Assembly: GCA_002269645.1 (NCBI GenBank)
Contig: NIVC01004667.1
Location: forward strand, 40,291 to 67,555
Reading direction: 5' to 3'
Source of the DNA: Macrostomum lignano
Taxonomy: Eukaryota
DNA: 27,265 bases
This document shows positions 22,383 to 27,265 of the stretch, piece by piece. Position 1 is the stretch's first letter. Every line of letters begins with the position of its first letter. The position numbers and the translations under genes were made by a program. The notes below the pieces were generated by a model. That model was not told the DNA's origin. It did no database searches and was given only the letters and a program-made list of their open reading frames with translations.

Positions 22383-22789
22383 CAATTTTCATTAATTAAA
22401 TGAAAGAAATCAAAACTAAGAAATCAAATACATTTTCAATCCCGCTATTAAAATGCATGATATTCTGCTATTGGTACCATCCACTAACTTTGAGTCATTC
22501 AATCAAGAAGTCTACAAGTAGCACCGAACCAATCCTAATGAGAGTAGGTTGGCTCCTACACAAAAAGATTAAAAAGTCATCCTTTGGATTTACCAATACC
22601 ATTCACCAAGACCATTTTTTATCAATTGCATGGTAAAATTCTGAGAGGGGATTATGAATTAATCAAAGCCCAACCTCATACTGTAAGAGCTGCTCAAGTC
22701 TTTGATGTCCGTGACAGATTTATCGACCGCGCACACTGTTGCGAGCTAGAATAAAGCTAAAAGCTCCACAAAGCAGAGCTGAAAAGTGC

Positions 22790-23680
22790 ACGCGTTATGA
22801 TAGCTGCAGAAAAACATTCAACCAGCCCGCCCGTGACATCAGCAAGCGCATGGCAGCGCGCAGAAGACCACTGGCGGCGCTAGCCACGAGATCCAACGGC
22901 GCAAATTTCACAGTTCTCCGAACGGCCTACATTTCCACGGTCCGGGCCGTTGCCCACTTCGCAGGGAGCGTCTGGGGGGCGCCTTCGCGTCACCGAGCAC
23001 ATGCCTGGTGCGCACCGCAGCGGCAGGAGAGAGCTGCATCAGCACTACAGCGGAGTTGACTCCAATCGCCATCGGCCTGGACAGCATCCGACACCTGACC
23101 ACGAATCATGGGACTAGTACTGACATTTTTACTGACAGCCAAGCGGCACTCTTAACCCTCATGCGCGGCCCCTGTGATCAGAGCGACCCGCGTGGTGAGG
23201 AGTGTTGGTCCAACCTCAGCGCAATGCAGCGCCTCACCTGGGTGCCGGCCCACGTCGGCTGGAAGGCAACGAAAGAGCGGACGCTGCCGCCAACCGCGCC
23301 GTGGACCTCTGCCAAAGATAACAGGCCATCTCGATCTGCACAGCCAAGGCGCTTATTTGCAGAGCCAGACGCCGACTCCATCTGGACTTCTGGGGGCGCA
23401 GCGACCGACCGCATCAGTCAAGAGAGGCGCGACAGCGGTCTGCCAGCTTCGAACAGGATGCAGCACCACTTGCGCCGTCACACGTCACCGCATCGGCATC
23501 GCTGACTCGCCACGGTCTCTTGCCCGTAGGCCAAATCTCACGACCTCGCTGCTGCCGCAAGGCCACCTTCCACCAACCGAGGATGCTCTTCAATTGGTCA
23601 TCCATCAACACAGCCGACTCTTTGAGCTTGGACAGCTGGTTTGTTGACGCGGTGGCGCAGTAACGACCGGCCGTTACAGA
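22790..23680 (+). mobile_element. Decayed 3' fragment of a non-LTR retrotransposon with RNase H (I-group/Ingi-like)
   Basis: Post-RT motif LRTAYISTVRAVAHFAGSVW; RNase H motifs AEL.AI, IFTDSQAAL and WVPAHVG-(frameshift)-EGNERADAAA; C-terminal QLRTG...RIGIADSP. Frameshifted. Confidence 0.8.
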
Positions 23681-23760
23681 TCACCTTTGGCAGGCCTAGT
23701 TGAGAGTTTGCTCGCCCACCAGCTTCTGCAGCTTGCGTGGTAGGGGCTGCTAGGATTACG

Positions 23761-24410
23761 TGTTAATTATTAAAATTACTAATTAATGATGAAGAATAAC
23801 TAACATGCGAAAGTAATTAATTGGAGATTCATGCACACGTGTCAACGAATAGCGTACAGTAACTGCGCGACAAAGTGTCTATTATTTGTTATAATGCACT
23901 TGCATTGCGGGTATAAAAACCGCGCGCACCAGTTTGAATCTCTGCGCGCTTGTAGGGCCTGCCCGTTGTGAGTTGTTTCTGTTTGCCCGGACTGTGCACT
24001 CCAGTCTAGTTAATGTAATTGGCTTGTGTAAGCCCGGCCTGTAGTGCCTAGTAACTTAGTGAATCGATTAGATATTGATGCTCAACATGAATCTTGTGTG
24101 AGCAAAGCTCATAATTATTGAGAATAGTCAAACTAGACCTAAAAATTATCAGCTCCAACAGCTGTGTTTAGTAAGGACATAGGAGTCTGAGTTTATATTT
24201 ATGTGTTTTTGTTCATTTTGGTTGTTAAGTCTTTATTAATAATTTACCGCTGGTACGCTAGTTTGTTTATTGTTCAATAATTACATTTGTCAATTTATTA
24301 TTAGTTCGAAGTCAATTTAAGTTGTTAAGTTTTTACTAAGCAAATCTTTCTTTGAGAAACGGCTTGTCTCAGTCAGTTTAATCATAGCTTCGATTGGTGG
24401 CAGCGAACTA
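23761..24410 (+). mobile_element. Possible LTR remnant
   Basis: TGT start at 23761, TATAAAA at 23912 followed by CAGTT, ...CCAACA at 24160, and PBS-like TGGTGGCAGCG at 24395. No target-site duplication found. Confidence 0.3.
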
Positions 24411-24759
24411 CCTTTAATTTCCTGACTTATCTAGCTTTGGGATTAACTATCGATTTACTGGGGAACGTAATTTATCAAGAAATCATTGGTATTACTCTAT
24501 CAGACCATCTCAGGGTAACGCTCTTCGGCTGGTGCAGCATAAGCAGTATAGCCTTAGACCATAATCTCGCAGCTACCGTGAGTATAAGTTATTTGGGACT
24601 ATTGTCAGCAGAAATAGAGAAACAATTCAAGTCACTCCGCTCGTTAAGAGTTCGCGGACATTGAGTCTGTTTAAGTCGCACCAGACGCTGAGTCATTACC
24701 GGTTAAAAGTCAAAGTGATTCATATAGTCTGCAGTCAGACAAAGAGCTACAAACAAAGA

Positions 24760-26045
24760 GCACCCCGGAAGTGGTATCAAACTCGTCCGTAGGGCTGTTG
24801 CTGGAGTCAACAAACGCTTTGGAGTTGTGGTACAGGTCCATAACTGCCGTCACCAGGGTGTCAGGGACGCCGTACTGAGCCAGGAGCCAGGCTAAAGCCA
24901 TCCCGCTGACAGAGTCGAAGGCCTTCCGGAAGTCAACGAAGACGATAGACACGGCTCGAAGACGAGTCTTGCAGGTTTCGACAATGCACCGGATGGCCAC
25001 GATCTGCTCCGTGGTGGATCTGCCTTGTCTGAAGCCGCTTCGAAGCTCGAGCAGCAGCGAGTTCAGGACAGGGAGGAGCCGATTGCGCAACACTGCGTTC
25101 AGCAGCTTTGGCAGCGTGCACTCCAATGCGATGCCACGTTGGTTGTCAAGGCTCGTGGAGGCGCCCTTCTTCGGGATGGAGACAATTCTTGAAGTACGCC
25201 AGAGGGGGACGGCCGTGGCAGCTGGGTTGCCGCCGAGACAGCATTACTTGTTCAGGATGCTAGTACGAGCTAATGTTGTCTGTAAGCTCTGGCAACTTCA
25301 GAACCCTGGGAGGCACTCGGTCGACTCCAGAGGCAGCGTCAGCGCGCATGCTCTTCAGCGCCTTGGTAACTTCCGCGGCGGTGATCGGGCCGGTGTAGAA
25401 GTCGCCATGCTGGGCTGGAGTGAAGCCGGCGGCGAGGAGAAGGGGAGACGTCGGGGAGGGGGGATTTAAAACTTGCCGGTAGTGGTCGACAAGCAGGCTC
25501 TTTCTTTGCTCGATGGACTCAGCGCCAACGACTGTGGTCGGACGGGGTCTTCGTCCTGTGAGGCGGTTGATTGCTCGCCAGGCGGTGTGCCGGCAGTTGT
25601 TGGTGGCGGCTTGGATCTCTTGGACCACCTCCTCAATAAAAACTTCAGTGCGTTGGGCGTACGTCACCTGCAGGTTGTCTCTGGCGAGTCTAGCCTGGTC
25701 GCTGTCCTCGCCGTGACGCGCAGCGGCGCTCTGTGCAGAGCGTCTGGCAGTGGCGATCACGCGGTCGCAGTCCCAAAGTGCCCTTGGCTGGTGTCCTATT
25801 TGTCTAGGCAGAACTGACGCTGCCGACCCGACGGCACTCGCAAAGGCCTCAGCTGTCTCAGTGATTGCGGGACTCGCGTTGGAGAGCTCGGTAAGGAAGG
25901 CAGTGCGAGTCTCTGGGTTCCTCAGGTCTGCCCAGAGAGGCTTCGGCGGGGTGTCTGAATCTCGTCCAGAAGAGGTTCAGTTCGCAGGTAACCAAGCTGT
26001 GGTCGGAAGCGACGCATCTGGGGCGGACGGTGATCAATCTGCACA
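24760..26045 (-). mobile_element. RTE-like LINE fragment A: end of AP endonuclease, linker, N-terminal half of RT; frameshifted and truncated at both ends
   Basis: VASDHSLVTCEL (APE SDH motif), AWRAINRLTG, ASGVDRVPPRVLK, GIALECTLPKLLN, GFRQGRSTTEQI, FVDFRKAFDSV, ending at FDTTSGVL. Confidence 0.85.
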
Positions 26046-26050
26046 CCTAC

Positions 26051-27265
26051 ACCAACAACAAAAACAACAACAAGTTACGCCCCAGGGTCGATGTTGGACG
26101 TCACAGGTCGCACCTCAGAGCACGGGAGCGGAGAAAGGCCGGTCCACCGGCCTGGTCGGGGCGCCAGCATCGGGCAGCAGGCAGTCCGGATACCGCCGAG
26201 TGCGCGCCTGCCCCCGCCGGAAGGGCGCCGGTAGCGCAAGCAGCAGCGTCTCCTGCGCCGGCTCGGGGCAGTACACCTCAGCGCGGATGAGGTGGCCTGC
26301 CAGCTGGAGCCGCCGCCGGCGGAGCAGATCGCTGGGCGGGCCAGGCGAGCTCGGGCGTACAGCGCCGCGTTGGTGACATGCTCGCCGCCGCCGATCTTGA
26401 AGGCTCGACCTGTCGCTCGAGCGTCTCCGTCAGCGTCCATGTTTCAGCGTTGTAGAGCAGGACGGTCTCGATCACCGCCTGGAACAACGCCGAGCGCTGG
26501 CGGTCTGGGAGGGCCGCAGAGTGCAGGACGGTCCTCATGGAGTTGAAGGCCGCCCAAGCGAGTCCACGGCGACGCCTCAGGTCGTCGAAGGCGTCAGGTA
26601 CCAGGCCGCCGAGGTACACGAACTGCTGAACGCGCGCAGCAGCGTTGTTTGCCCATCAGCGCCTCGGCAGTAGATATCGGCTTGGATGTTGGTGGGCATG
26701 GTGAGCACGACGGTCTTTTGCGTGTTGATCACCAGACCGACGCTCGCAGCAACGCCAACCAGACGGTCCAGCTGACGTTGGGCGCCCTCGACGGTTGAGG
26801 ACAGCAGGGCGAGATCATCGGCGTAGCCCAGGATGCTGAGGCGACGCTCTGGCTGGCGGCGGCCCACACGGCGTTGCAGGAGGAAGCCATCGTCGGCTGT
26901 TGGTAGGGCAGTCCGCAGCACCCAGTCCAGAACCAGTACAAACAGGAAGGGCGCCAGCGTGTCCCCTGGAGCACTCCGGATGACGTGTCGAAGGTGTCCG
27001 AGAGGCCGTCTGCGTCACCCACCGCAGCTCTGTGTTCTGGTACAGCGCCATCGCTAGCACTGACCAGTTGCTGCGGCACGTTGTACGCTCTGAGCACCAG
27101 TGGAAGCGCGCTTCTGGCAACCGAGTCGAAAGCCTTCCTGAAGTCGACGAAGACCACAATCAGGCTTGACTGCGCGCGTGCGCGCCTCCTCGATGACTCG
27201 CCGAAGGACCAGGATCTGCGTAACAGTGCCGCGTCTAGGCCGGAACCCATTCTGCTCGGTCCGCA
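26051..27265 (-). mobile_element. RTE-like LINE fragment B: RT core to 3' end with a (GTT)n-like tail; continues past the window
   Basis: FVDFRKAFDSV, GVLQG(D)TLAPFLF, LGYADDLALLS, GLVINTQKT, YLGG, LLYNAETWTL and EHVTNAALY across frameshifts. Tail seen as ACCAACAACAAAAACAACAACAA at 26051-26073 on the + strand. Confidence 0.88.

Noticed and set aside
21565-22392. Three-frame GSLGQGHWVRVIGS ORFs of 228-275 aa
   Set aside because: All three frames give the same peptide because of the 14-bp period; there is no unique coding sequence.

Overview
This is eukaryotic (animal) genomic DNA with GT-AG introns and many tandem repeats. Its character resembles the flatworm Macrostomum, but the species cannot be established from the sequence alone. 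It contains two multi-exon genes arranged head-to-head. (1) On the minus strand, at least 11 exons (about 16400 down to 357, running off the left edge) splice into an RP1/RP1L1-family protein with the order DCX-DCX-PLAT-PLAT-beta-trefoil-like region. Five single-base indels disrupt its last exons (within positions 400-4000). (2) On the plus strand, a complete 5-exon gene (19126-21561, 337 aa) resembles human C8orf74, a CLAMP/C1a-32-like ciliary family protein. From recall, human RP1L1 and C8orf74 are also divergent neighbours, so this may be an ancient conserved ciliary gene pair; this is the main finding. Most introns carry their own distinct micro- or minisatellite, the largest being a 4.5-kb 20-mer array. 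The right end holds a 14-bp array, a decayed RNase H-bearing LINE, a possible LTR remnant and two abutting RTE-like LINE fragments. Exon boundaries and frames were worked out by hand. Homology calls come from remembered family motifs, not from database searches. Most long ORFs in the supplied track are artefacts of tandem repeats.
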